A DNA stretch of 64,000 nt from Gemmatimonadaceae bacterium (GTDB lineage Bacteria > Gemmatimonadota > Gemmatimonadetes > Gemmatimonadales > Gemmatimonadaceae): assembly GCA_046593165.1 (NCBI GenBank), contig JBKJRW010000094.1, positions 24,217 through 88,216 on the forward strand, read 5' to 3'. The position numbers and the translations under genes are program-made. Positions 1-9,475 of the stretch are shown here, piece after piece. The notes below the pieces were generated by a model that saw nothing but the letters and a program-made list of their open reading frames with translations, was not told where the DNA came from and searched no databases. Numbering within the stretch: the stretch's first letter is position 1; each line of letters opens with the position of its first letter.

Positions 1-120
1 ACCGAGGAAGTTAGGATTACGCTCAAGGCACCCGAGCGAGCGGCGACACTAGAGCCTGAAGGTTGGTCCGACCCAGCGACTTATCTCTGTCTTGTCATGC
101 CACTCAGGCTGGTTGACTAA
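1..120 (+). CDS. dnaN: DNA polymerase III beta clamp, C-terminal fragment (5' truncated by window edge)
   Basis: Frame 1 reads TEEVRITLKAPERAATLEPEGWSDPATYLCLVMPLRLVD*. The Y-x-x-x-x-MP-x-R ending is the characteristic DnaN C-terminus. Not in the ORF track. Confidence 0.8.
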   Translation, partial: TEEVRITLKAPERAATLEPEGWSDPATYLCLVMPLRLVD

Positions 121-152
121 GCTAGAAAGAATTAGTTTCTTCCCGAGACTAA

Positions 153-1034
153 TTAACGGTAGACCGTCGTCAGCTCTCGCACTGTCTGTGTAAAGCGTTG
201 AGAACGGCCTGCTGTCACAAGGATGCTCGTCTTCTCCTGGCCATTCCACTCAAGCAACGCGCCAGACATTCGATTGACTTGAACCCGAGCAGTTGCAGCC
301 CCCTCTGACCTGATCACAACCCGGTGTTGGCCCTGTGATCCCTCTCCCGCAGAAAACAATTTTCCGGTCTCTTCCAGAAGAATAGCCGGCCCTGTGACAT
401 GTAGGATTTCACCCAGGACACGAAAGTCCCGAACGGATATCGTGGTTGTGGGAATTGTACCGCTGCAACCTGTAAATATCGTGCTATCCCTCCACGTCAG
501 GTTCTGGTAGAGTTGGGCCGGGAGACTGATGATACTTCGGTGAACAGCCTTCAATGTCGCCAGGGCGGTACCCGAGCAGTCAACGGGGACATTCCCCGAA
601 CGATCCCTGAGAGCGTCCAAGATGACGATTGCGTTTGTTATGTGACCAGTGAACGTGAGCGGCCACGCTGGTAAAAGCACAGGCGCCTCAATACGTGTCC
701 CACTGCTTGTGGAAACGGCATCGATGGATCCAAGAAATGAGGTTGAGCCAGATGCGGTGCCCGTAAGCAGGGTAAAAGTCGTCAGGCGTGTCAGCGAGTC
801 ACGAATGCTACCCGAGTCCGACAACAGCTCAACGATAGCTGTTGTTGTGGATTTGTATGTGTGTGGCTCGGTGGCGGGGACAATCATCCACGAGCGCCCT
901 GAGGTCGTGTTAGGGGCGACAACGGGGTCTGCAACGCCGGATTCAGGTGCTGGAGCAGGCTCAGAGGAGGATACCGCCTGGGCGCACCCGACGGAGAGAA
1001 AGACGAGGAATACTTCCGAAATTCTGCGCAACAT
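153..1034 (-). CDS. Hypothetical lipoprotein
   Basis: ATG at 1034 gives MLRRISEVFLVFLSVGC, a lipobox-like signal, followed by a Pro/Ala linker and a Thr-rich, beta-like body. No family recognised. Confidence 0.6.
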   Translation of the reverse strand: MLRRISEVFLVFLSVGCAQAVSSSEPAPAPESGVADPVVAPNTTSGRSWMIVPATEPHTYKSTTTAIVELLSDSGSIRDSLTRLTTFTLLTGTASGSTSFLGSIDAVSTSSGTRIEAPVLLPAWPLTFTGHITNAIVILDALRDRSGNVPVDCSGTALATLKAVHRSIISLPAQLYQNLTWRDSTIFTGCSGTIPTTTISVRDFRVLGEILHVTGPAILLEETGKLFSAGEGSQGQHRVVIRSEGAATARVQVNRMSGALLEWNGQEKTSILVTAGRSQRFTQTVRELTTVYR

Positions 1035-1114
1035 TATCAGGATCAAGCCTTCGTTGAGTTTTGGGAAATGCAATAACCCTCTACGGAAAGCTCCGTAAAG
1101 GGTTATCACATATC

Positions 1115-1489
1115 AAGCGATCGGTCTGTAAGCCGGGTTCTGTCCGGTGGATAACCACCGTGACGGTCATTTCTCTCGGGACACGATCGCTCGTGCCCTC
1201 TAGCAGCCTACCCGCGGCGTCTTTGTCGAGGTGGGTGCTCTCGCCGCTTACTTGGCCTTGCTCCAGCTGGGGTTTGCCGTGCCGTTCGTGTTGCCACGAC
1301 CGCGGTGGGCTCTTACCCCGCCTTTTCACCCTTGCCTCTCTCGAGGCGGTTTGTTTTCTGTGGCACTTTCCGTCACCACGATTGCTCGCGATGCCCAGGC
1401 GTTACCTGGCAGCCCTTCCCACGGAGCCCGGACTTTCCTCGAATTAGTACCACTAGGATACTAATGCGCGACCGTCCAACCAACCGCCC
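1115..1489 (-). ncRNA. rnpB: RNase P RNA, bacterial type A
   Basis: Minus strand has GAGGAAAGTCCGGGCTCC near the 5' end and ACAGAACCCGGCTTA near the 3' end. P1 helix GCGGTTGGTT/GACCGATCGC, P3 hairpin ATTAGTA/TACTAAT and the GGTAAGAG motif are present. A TATATT -10 lies at 1500-1505. Confidence 0.97.
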
Positions 1490-1622
1490 TGCATCAGGAA
1501 ATATACACTGTCGTGACAAGCCCGGTCTTCGAATTCCTGATGCAAAAGGAACCGCTGACGGAATGGTGACGTGGTCCTCTTATACTGCTCGTCGATCGAC
1601 TGCCCCCACAATTCTCCGGGAG

Positions 1623-2543
1623 ATGTTTGTGTCGCGCGAATCGAAACATTCCGTCAAACTCATGCCGGTATCCACCATTCTCACCCCCGGAGAGCGCCAA
1701 AGGGTAGATGCTGCGGCAGAGGGGCTGTACGCTGCTCTTCATCGAGAGTCCTTCGATGAAGTTCTCGACGATCTTCGCGAGCGAAGAGCGGGAGCGGTGC
1801 TCATCTCGATTGCACGCTATGGTTTGCAAAGCAGTGCAGGAATGGCAGCGATGGTTCGTGAGTTTCCGCGTGTGCCGGCAATGGCGCTTCTCACCGAGAC
1901 TCAATACTCCACACCGCAGAACCTGCTTGCCCTTGGCCACCTTGGCGTCAGGATTCTCATCGATGCGCGACTGCCATCAGGGTGGCAGGCACTGCGAGAT
2001 ATACTTGCTGCCGAGAAGGCAAGCGATCTGCAGCGAACTGCGCTTGGGCAGTTGAGCTCCGACCTTTCTGGAGCGCCCGCCGACTGCTGGCGGTTCTTTG
2101 AACTTCTTTTCAGCCATTCTCCTCAGGTACATACTGTTCGTCAGCTTTCGCGCCAACTCTACATTCTTCCCAGCACACTGATGAGCCGTTTTTTCCGGGC
2201 AAAACTTCCCCCTCCCAAGATTTACCTTTCGTACGCACGTCTGATTCGTGCAGCGAAGTTGTTCGAAAATCCTGGTCTGTCAGTCGCCAGTGTTGCCAAT
2301 TATCTCGATTACTCCTCGCCTCAAAGTTTCGGACGTCACGTCAGGACGATGATGGACATGTCTCCGGTAGTTTTTCGTGAGACCTACGATGGTGCCGGAA
2401 TGCTGCATCACTTCCGGGCGCAATTGATTCTTCCCTACGCCGAGACGCTCCGGTCATTTCGGCCTGCTGCAACAGCTCCGGGGTGGATAACTCGACAGCG
2501 GAACCACGAACACCGCACCGGCAGCAGCGGGGGCGTGTCGTGA
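1623..2543 (+). CDS. AraC-family HTH transcriptional regulator with N-terminal alpha/beta (receiver-like) domain
   Basis: C-terminal AraC signature (LSVASVANYLDYSSPQSFGRHVRTMMDMSP). Start uncertain (1563, 1623 or 1662). The longer ORF overlaps rnpB and is unlikely. Confidence 0.8.
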   Translation: MFVSRESKHSVKLMPVSTILTPGERQRVDAAAEGLYAALHRESFDEVLDDLRERRAGAVLISIARYGLQSSAGMAAMVREFPRVPAMALLTETQYSTPQNLLALGHLGVRILIDARLPSGWQALRDILAAEKASDLQRTALGQLSSDLSGAPADCWRFFELLFSHSPQVHTVRQLSRQLYILPSTLMSRFFRAKLPPPKIYLSYARLIRAAKLFENPGLSVASVANYLDYSSPQSFGRHVRTMMDMSPVVFRETYDGAGMLHHFRAQLILPYAETLRSFRPAATAPGWITRQRNHEHRTGSSGGVS

Positions 2544-3089
2544 TCAGCCCAGAAGCTCACCAATGGTTGTCAGGGATGCGACCTCATAACCACGAGCGCT
2601 GATTGCCTCCCGGCCACCGTCCTGACGGTCGACTAGTGCCATGACTCCCAGAATCCTGCCCCCTGCCCGCTCGACAGCGTCAATAGCTCGGAGGGCTGAT
2701 TTTCCAGTTGTTATCACGTCTTCGACGATGACTACGTGGTCTCCATTCCGGAAAGGCCCCTCAATGAGACTTTCTGTTCCGTGAGTCTTGGGTTCCTTGC
2801 GAACGGTGAATGCACGAAGAGGCTTCGAGCGCCCTGCACTTGCATAGGTCAGGGCAAATGCAATTGGATCGGCTCCAAGGGTCAGGCCTCCCACCGAATC
2901 GGGAGCCCAGCCGCGAGACACCAGAATGTCGAGTCCAAGTGCTCCGATTTCTAACATTCCCTGCGGACTCATCGTGGTGAGGCGCGCGTCCACATAGAAG
3001 GTCGACGACTTACCTGAGGCAAGAACGAAGGTTCCCTTTTTCACCGATCGCTCGATCAGCAGCTGTTTAAGGGCGTTGGTATTGCTCAT
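2544..3089 (-). CDS. pyrE: Orotate phosphoribosyltransferase
   Basis: FVLASGKSSTFYVD, RKEPKTHG and the PRPP motif VVIVEDVITTGKS. Confidence 0.96.
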   Translation of the reverse strand: MSNTNALKQLLIERSVKKGTFVLASGKSSTFYVDARLTTMSPQGMLEIGALGLDILVSRGWAPDSVGGLTLGADPIAFALTYASAGRSKPLRAFTVRKEPKTHGTESLIEGPFRNGDHVVIVEDVITTGKSALRAIDAVERAGGRILGVMALVDRQDGGREAISARGYEVASLTTIGELLG

Positions 3090-3125
3090 GGCGCTCCAGT
3101 TATCTGACGGATATCATGGCGGGAC

Positions 3126-4061
3126 ATGCAACCACTTTTCTACCTGTTTCTTGGGGCCGTAGTCACTGGTCTTGCACTCCTGCTGCAACATGAGCGACGC
3201 CAGGCTGCGCGTCTAGTCGAACGGTCTCGAGAACTTGAGCGCCTTTCCTCCGAGCTGCTCCGCGCGAATCGCATGAAGAACGATTTTCTCGCCAACGTTT
3301 CTCACGAGCTTAGAACTCCGCTTAACGCGATAGTAGGGTTTGTCGATCTGCTCAGAGAGGGGGTTTATGGGGAGTTGAGCCCCAGGCAGGCGAAGCCGGT
3401 CGAGCGAATCGAAGCTTCAGCCAATCACCTTCGTCACCTGGTCGACCAGATTCTGGATCTGGCAAAAATGGCAGCCGGTCGACTCGATGTTCATAACGAA
3501 TCACTCGACATTCGTCCATTCATTCTCGATGTAGCGAGTGAAATGGAGTCGCTGCTCAATGAAAGAAGCCTGAGTTTGTCGCTGGTCATGGGCGGGGCTC
3601 TCCCGAGAATTCGCACTGACCCAACCCATCTTCGCCAGATTCTGGTGAACCTCATTGGAAATGCCGTAAAGTATACGGATGCAGGGTCGATCGTGGTGAA
3701 GACAAGAACCCTTTCTGCAGAGACAGCCCTGTTGCAGGGTCTGCCGCAGGCACTGGGAGTTGCGCAAAAGGAAATTGATTTGTGGCTGGCGGTTCAGGTA
3801 ATCGACTCCGGGATTGGAATTGCCATTACCGATCAGGAGCGTGTCTTCGAGGAGTTCGAGCAGGTGGACTCGGGCCCCCGGACGGATTCACCAATTCGTG
3901 GCACCGGGCTCGGTCTCGCCATCTCGAGACGTCTCGCGCGGTTGCTGAAAGGTGATCTGCTTGTCGCAAGCGAGCCAGGGAAGGGGTCGACCTTTACACT
4001 CTGGTTGCCAGTTAATCACCCAGCTCTACCGGCCGCGCAGAATGCCTCGCATTCTGGCTAG
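3126..4061 (+). CDS. Sensor histidine kinase (single N-terminal TM, HisKA + HATPase)
   Basis: H-box SHELRTPL, N-box NLIGNAVKY, G1 DSGIGI, G2 GTGLGL. Confidence 0.93.
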   Translation: MQPLFYLFLGAVVTGLALLLQHERRQAARLVERSRELERLSSELLRANRMKNDFLANVSHELRTPLNAIVGFVDLLREGVYGELSPRQAKPVERIEASANHLRHLVDQILDLAKMAAGRLDVHNESLDIRPFILDVASEMESLLNERSLSLSLVMGGALPRIRTDPTHLRQILVNLIGNAVKYTDAGSIVVKTRTLSAETALLQGLPQALGVAQKEIDLWLAVQVIDSGIGIAITDQERVFEEFEQVDSGPRTDSPIRGTGLGLAISRRLARLLKGDLLVASEPGKGSTFTLWLPVNHPALPAAQNASHSG

Positions 4062-4961
4062 AATCCCGGTATCTCCGCCCGCTGCGTCTTCCGGCGCTCC
4101 TGCTGCTTCTGCCGGCGTCGCTACAGCTGCCTGAAAAGCTGTCGCAAACGCCATGACATCTGCGTAACGGTTCGAAGGCTCCTTTGTGAGCGCCTTCATT
4201 ACCACTCTCTCCAGGGCTGGTGAGAAGTTGAGCTTCTCTTTCGCCTGATTAAGGGGAATAGGGGGAAGGGTCAACAATTGTGTAAACATCTCACGAGGAG
4301 CCTTGGCGGTATAGGGCAATGCTCTTGTGAGAAGGTAGTAGGCGATCGTTGCCAGGCTGTACTGGTCAGCTGCGGGAGTTACGATTTCCCCGGACAAAGC
4401 TTCAGGAGCTATGTACATGAGAGAGCCGACAAAAAAACCGGCGCGCGTCAGGCGCTCATCGGCAGCGGCCTGTACGTCAGTTGCGATACCGAAATCGAGA
4501 AGCTTTACCTGGCGGGTCGCCGGGTCGTACATGACGTTTTCGGGTTTGAGATCCCGATGTACGATTCTAGCGGCATGAGCGGCATGCACAGCTGCGCCGA
4601 TCTGCGTGATGATTACCGCGGTTTCTTCGCAAGAAAGCGGGGCGTTGATCCTGGCGTATTTCTCGAGCAGGTCACCGCTCGCCCATTCGATGGCAAGAAA
4701 ATGAACACCGGTATCGGACTCGCCGATCTCGATTGTCCGTACGACATTCGGGTGCTCTACCCGCGTTCCGTATTGGGCTTCTCTGACAAACCGGGCAACA
4801 GCGGTGCGGTCGTGCCGAAGCTTCTCGCGGAGAACCTTGAGAGCGACAGTACCGTTGATCGGATGTTGAGCTTTGTACACCGATGATGTACCGCCCTCTC
4901 CAACCTCACCCTGTATTATGTACCCGGCTATCTTGGAGCCGATCAAGCTCTGATGAGACAC
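4026..4961 (-). CDS. Hanks-type Ser/Thr protein kinase, cytoplasmic
   Basis: GEGGTSSVY, VALK, HRDLKPEN, DFG, YIAPE. GTG start at 4961 chosen because the longer ORF overlaps the divergent gene. Confidence 0.93.
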   Translation of the reverse strand: MSHQSLIGSKIAGYIIQGEVGEGGTSSVYKAQHPINGTVALKVLREKLRHDRTAVARFVREAQYGTRVEHPNVVRTIEIGESDTGVHFLAIEWASGDLLEKYARINAPLSCEETAVIITQIGAAVHAAHAARIVHRDLKPENVMYDPATRQVKLLDFGIATDVQAAADERLTRAGFFVGSLMYIAPEALSGEIVTPAADQYSLATIAYYLLTRALPYTAKAPREMFTQLLTLPPIPLNQAKEKLNFSPALERVVMKALTKEPSNRYADVMAFATAFQAAVATPAEAAGAPEDAAGGDTGILARMRGILRGR

Positions 4962-5010
4962 GCGGGCGAAATTAACAGAAACCGATATACGTCGATAGGG
5001 TAACCCAGGA

Positions 5011-6423
5011 ATGAACAAATCAACTGCTCGTCGGTCGATACCGTTTTGTCTTGCTTCTCTCGTCGCAGTCGGCTGCGGCAGCAGCCGACAACAACCCGGC
5101 ATGTCTCCGGGATCTACGCCTTCTCCGGTCATTGGCGGAAGCTCAGTCCTGGCAGGACGTGACCCAACGGCCATCTACAATCAGATGGGTCTGATAGCGA
5201 CCGGGAGCCCGCTATCGTATGTCGGAAAAATCGCATACTTCGCCACGCGAAGCCCCGATACCACCATGGTCCTGGTAAGTATTTCCATCCCGAATCGAAT
5301 GCTCAGCTTCGTGAGAGACGGCGATACATATCGTGCACCTTATGAGGTAAGGCTCAAGCTGAGTCAGGGGAGCGCCGAGATCAGGGCGGTGAACGCGATC
5401 GAAATCGTTCGTGTCGCGACGTTCAAGGAAGTGAACCGCACCGATGAGAGCGTCATATTCCAGAATTATATGAGGGTTGCTCCAGGAGCCTACACCATCT
5501 CATTTCTCGTGCGAGACGCAGCCAGCAATCGGAGTGCGGTTCAGGATGGGGCGATCACGGTCCCAAGGCTCTCTCCGGGACACCTCTCCACGCCGGTTCT
5601 GGTATACGAAGCAACTCGCCGCTTCGCCCTCGACTCTTTGCCGCGCCTTGTGGCAAGTCCGCGCTCCAGTGCGGTATTTGGCAGGGACAGCACCGTTTCG
5701 GTCTACCTGGAGGCATATGGACAGCAAGCTCGTCTCCCTGTGTCGTTCGTGGTGCAGAACGACAAGGGCACGGTGACCTGGCGGGATACCACTGTTCTGG
5801 AACGGGCCGGAAATCTTCTCAGTGGCGCTGTCAGAATTCCAATATCACGCGTGGGTATCGGCGTGGCGAACGTGACGTTCACACGAGCCGACGCGACGGA
5901 CACCGTAAGAACTCCCGTCTTCGTCAGTTTTGGAAACGATATTCCCCTGCTTTCGTACGAAGAGCTGATTAATCAGCTCCGTTACTACGTGTCGCCCGAC
6001 CGTCTGCGGACTCTTCGTGATGCGCCAATAGAGCAGCGAGGACAAGCCTGGGCGGCGTTTCTCCGTTCGAGCGACCCAGCACCCGGTACACCAGAACACG
6101 AAGGCCTGCAGACCTACTTCTCGCGCCTCCAGCAGGCAAGCATGCGCTTTCGGGACGACGGCATCGGCCGTGGCGGATGGCTTGCCGATAGAGCCCGGGT
6201 CTACCTCGTCCTCGGCGAACCCGATCAGCTATATGAGCAAACGACAAACGGACCAATCACGCGGGCGTCAGTGTCGCAACGCGGAAGGCTCCAGTACTGG
6301 GAGTACAGTCAGTATCGTGTCCGGCTCATCTTCTACGACGAGTCGGGTTCTGGCCGGTGGCGACTTACCCCAATCAGTGAGACGGAATTTCAGAACATTA
6401 ATGCCCGTCTCCTGATTCACTGA
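5011..6423 (+). CDS. GWxTD-domain lipoprotein
   Basis: Lipobox VAVGC; C-terminal GWLADRARVYLVLGEPD matches the GWxTD family motif. Confidence 0.85.
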   Translation: MNKSTARRSIPFCLASLVAVGCGSSRQQPGMSPGSTPSPVIGGSSVLAGRDPTAIYNQMGLIATGSPLSYVGKIAYFATRSPDTTMVLVSISIPNRMLSFVRDGDTYRAPYEVRLKLSQGSAEIRAVNAIEIVRVATFKEVNRTDESVIFQNYMRVAPGAYTISFLVRDAASNRSAVQDGAITVPRLSPGHLSTPVLVYEATRRFALDSLPRLVASPRSSAVFGRDSTVSVYLEAYGQQARLPVSFVVQNDKGTVTWRDTTVLERAGNLLSGAVRIPISRVGIGVANVTFTRADATDTVRTPVFVSFGNDIPLLSYEELINQLRYYVSPDRLRTLRDAPIEQRGQAWAAFLRSSDPAPGTPEHEGLQTYFSRLQQASMRFRDDGIGRGGWLADRARVYLVLGEPDQLYEQTTNGPITRASVSQRGRLQYWEYSQYRVRLIFYDESGSGRWRLTPISETEFQNINARLLIH

Positions 6424-6444
6424 GGGGCCTCCCACCCCCTTCCC

Positions 6445-6486
6445 CGCCCCTGTCCAGGCCGAACCAGGACAGGGGCGCTTTATATT
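6445..6486 (+). terminator. Probable intrinsic terminator abutting the polA -10 element
   Basis: 11-bp stem CGCCCCTGTCC/GGACAGGGGCG (6445-6455/6467-6477) followed by CTTTATATT. Confidence 0.55.
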
Positions 6487-6491
6487 GAGAG

Positions 6492-9467
6492 ATGCAGCTT
6501 CCAGAATCGCCGCGGCTCTTTCTCGTAGATGGATATGCACTGATCTATCGTGCGTTCTACGCGCTTATTTCCCGTCCGCTTACCACGAGCAAGGGAGAGA
6601 ACACGTCGGCGGTGTGGGGTATCTCGAGCTTCATCCAGCGACTCCTCGACAAGCACAAGCCTGACTACCTCGCCTGGGTGCATGATTCCGGACTTTCCTT
6701 TCGGCACGAGACCTTCCCCGCATACAAGGCAACGCGCGAGAAACTGACGGAGGAGCTACAGGCCGATTTCGACAGAGGTATGGACAGGATATGTCAGCTC
6801 CTGGCGGCGTATCGCATTCCGATCGTCTCCCTGTCCGGATTCGAGGCCGACGACGTGATCGGGACCCTCGTCGTCAAAGGTCTCGAGAACAAACTGAACG
6901 TCGTGGTCGTTTCGGGAGACAAGGATTTTCAGCAACTGGTCAGGCCGGGTGTCTGGCTTCTCAACCCGGGTCGAGGTGGTCCAGCGGGAGTCGAAGAGCA
7001 CTGGGTCGGAATGGAGAATGCCAGCGAGCGACTCGGTGTGCCGCCGCAGCACGTCACGGACTATCTGGCTCTCGTGGGTGATTCGTCCGACAACGTCCCA
7101 GGTGTAAAAGGAATCGGCGACAAAACAGCATGCGAGCTGGTGGCGCAATACGGCAGCCTCGAATCCATTCTCGAGCACGCTTCAGAGATTACGAAGAAGC
7201 GTCCGCGAGAAGCACTGCTGCAGTACTCAGACAACGCCCGGCTTTCTAAAGAATTAGTAACAATTCGCGACAATTTACCGGTCTCGTTTGACGCTGCCAC
7301 AATGCTCCTCCAGGAGCCCGACTATGCACATCTACGCGATCTCTACGTAGAGCTCGAATTCCATTCTCTCGCCCGAAATGTTGGCGCACTGGCTGCGCAG
7401 TCTCCGGCTCCCGAGACAGCTACTGCGAAGCCCGAATCGACGATACCAAAGACTTCCTACGTAACCGTAGACACAATCGAGGCGATGCGCGACCTCGTGG
7501 CGCGGGCACGCTCGACCGGGAGCATATCCGTCGGTACGGCGACCTTCGCGCATGCAGACGCGCCCGTTCAGTCGGATCCACTTCGCTCTACTCTCGTGTC
7601 CATAGCCATCGGAATCAATCCCGGTGAGGCGTACTACCTTCCACTTCGACACTCGGATTGGCAGGCAGCGCAAGGCGAGCTTCTCGTTGACTTGGCGGGC
7701 GATCGATCACCAACCGATGCATCGAACGACCGCGGTCTTGTCACGGGAGGGGATGAACCACCAGGGGTTCGGCCCTTTCGTGCAGTGAAAAAGGTCGACG
7801 TTCCTGGCGGTATCGCTGGCGGGATGATCGGGAGTCAGAGATCGCGTGAGCCAGTAAAGAATCTGCCGGATATCGGGTCCCTGGAAATGAAGCCGCTCAG
7901 AGACTTGCTCGAGGATCCTGGAGTTAAGAAAGCAGCCCAAAACGCAAAGTACGATGTGCTCGTACTTCGCCGCGCCGGAATCGCTCTCAGGGGCCTTGAT
8001 TTCGATACCATGCTGGCGAGCTATGTTCTCGATCCAGGAAGGAGATCACACGGGCTCGACGTTCTTGCACTCGAGTTCCTCGATCATTCGGTGATGTCGT
8101 ATGCGGACCTTTGCGGTAAAGGCAAGTCGGCCGTTCGGTTTGATCAATGTCCTGTGGATGCTGCCCGCGACTACGCATGTGAGGACGCAGACATGGTCCT
8201 CAGGCTTCGCGGGATATTCGAGCCACAGCTCGACACCTCGGAAGTCAGGTCACTGTTGGAGAACATCGAGATTCCACTTATCTCGGTGCTGGCGGAAGTC
8301 GAATGGACTGGCATCACGATCGACGTCCAGTGGTTTCATTCACTCAAGGAGAGATTCCGGCGGGAGAGAGAGGCCGTAGAAAAGCAGATATACGCCGAGG
8401 CCGGTGTCGAGTTCAACATCAACTCGAACCCGCAGCTACGCGAGATTCTCTTCACGCGCCTGGGTCTTCCAACACTCAAGAAGACGAGTACCGGTCCGTC
8501 GACTGACGCGAGCGTTCTCCAGGAGCTTGCGGACGCAGGCCACGTACTACCGGCTCTCCTGATGGAGTATCGCGAGCTTTCCAAGCTGGAGAGCACGTAT
8601 CTGGATGCTCTACCGGCGATGGTAAACCCCGAGACCGGACGACTACACACGTCGTTCAATCAGACTGTAGCCGCAACCGGACGCCTGTCATCGAGTGATC
8701 CCAATCTTCAGAACATTCCAATCAGGCGTGAGCTCGGTCGTGACATCAGGCGAGGTTTCATTCCGCGATCCGGCTGGATTTTACTCGCGGCCGATTACTC
8801 GCAAATCGAGTTGCGGCTCCTCGCCCACCTTTCGGGAGATCCTGCTTTCGTCGAAGCGTTCAATGCGGGCGGAGATATCCATCGGCAGACAGCGGCAATC
8901 ATCTTCGACGTACCCGTAGATCAAGTGAACGCGGAAATGCGTGCACGCGCGAAGACGATCAATTTCGCGACGATCTATGGACAGGGGGCTCATGCGCTCT
9001 CTCGTCAACTCAAGATCGAGCATGGAGAGGCGAAGGATTTCATTCTCCGCTATTTCGAGCGCTTCGGGGGGATCAGGGCCTACCTCGATTCGAGCGTGGA
9101 ATTCGCACGTGAGCACGGGTATGTCACGACCATCTTCGGGCGGCGTCGCTACATCCCGGAACTTCGCGAGCGCAACTTCAACACTCGCGCGTTCGGAGAG
9201 CGTACGGCTGCCAACTCACCGATTCAGGGATCGGCTGCTGACCTGATCAAGATTGCAATGATCAGAATCGACGCTGCCTTGCGCAGTGGCGGTTATTCTG
9301 CGCGAATGTTACTGCAGGTTCACGACGAGCTCGTATTCGAGGTACCTTCGGAAGAACTCGACGCTGTCAAGATTCTGGTCAAGCGCGAGATGGAACACGC
9401 GGCCCATCTTTCGGTGCCTCTTGTGGTCGATATGGGAGCGGGTCGCAACTGGGTGGAGACCAAATAG
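6492..9467 (+). CDS. polA: DNA polymerase I
   Basis: 5'-3' exo (LVDGY, EADD, SGDKD, LVGDSSDNVPGV), motif A DYSQIELR, motif B RARAKTINFATIYG, motif C VHDE. Confidence 0.99.
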   Translation: MQLPESPRLFLVDGYALIYRAFYALISRPLTTSKGENTSAVWGISSFIQRLLDKHKPDYLAWVHDSGLSFRHETFPAYKATREKLTEELQADFDRGMDRICQLLAAYRIPIVSLSGFEADDVIGTLVVKGLENKLNVVVVSGDKDFQQLVRPGVWLLNPGRGGPAGVEEHWVGMENASERLGVPPQHVTDYLALVGDSSDNVPGVKGIGDKTACELVAQYGSLESILEHASEITKKRPREALLQYSDNARLSKELVTIRDNLPVSFDAATMLLQEPDYAHLRDLYVELEFHSLARNVGALAAQSPAPETATAKPESTIPKTSYVTVDTIEAMRDLVARARSTGSISVGTATFAHADAPVQSDPLRSTLVSIAIGINPGEAYYLPLRHSDWQAAQGELLVDLAGDRSPTDASNDRGLVTGGDEPPGVRPFRAVKKVDVPGGIAGGMIGSQRSREPVKNLPDIGSLEMKPLRDLLEDPGVKKAAQNAKYDVLVLRRAGIALRGLDFDTMLASYVLDPGRRSHGLDVLALEFLDHSVMSYADLCGKGKSAVRFDQCPVDAARDYACEDADMVLRLRGIFEPQLDTSEVRSLLENIEIPLISVLAEVEWTGITIDVQWFHSLKERFRREREAVEKQIYAEAGVEFNINSNPQLREILFTRLGLPTLKKTSTGPSTDASVLQELADAGHVLPALLMEYRELSKLESTYLDALPAMVNPETGRLHTSFNQTVAATGRLSSSDPNLQNIPIRRELGRDIRRGFIPRSGWILLAADYSQIELRLLAHLSGDPAFVEAFNAGGDIHRQTAAIIFDVPVDQVNAEMRARAKTINFATIYGQGAHALSRQLKIEHGEAKDFILRYFERFGGIRAYLDSSVEFAREHGYVTTIFGRRRYIPELRERNFNTRAFGERTAANSPIQGSAADLIKIAMIRIDAALRSGGYSARMLLQVHDELVFEVPSEELDAVKILVKREMEHAAHLSVPLVVDMGAGRNWVETK

Positions 9468-9475
9468 CACCGTCC

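Noticed and set aside
130-154. Hairpin AATTAGTTTC/GAGACTAATT after dnaN
   Set aside because: AT-rich stem without a U-tract; too weak to call a terminator
1101-1156. DnaA-box-like words (TTATCACA, GGTGGATAA)
   Set aside because: Imperfect, isolated, and within or adjacent to rnpB; no box cluster or AT-rich unwinding element, so not oriC
1061-1622. Short ORFs and the 5' extension of the 1305..2543 ORF
   Set aside because: They overlap the RNase P RNA gene and are shadow ORFs
2541-2546. Abutting or overlapping palindromic stop codons (TGATCA here; CTAG at 29878 and 44501)
   Set aside because: Expected outcome of compact convergent gene packing
7653-7860. Possible intein in polA
   Set aside because: Too short, with no Cys/Ser start, His-Asn end or endonuclease motifs
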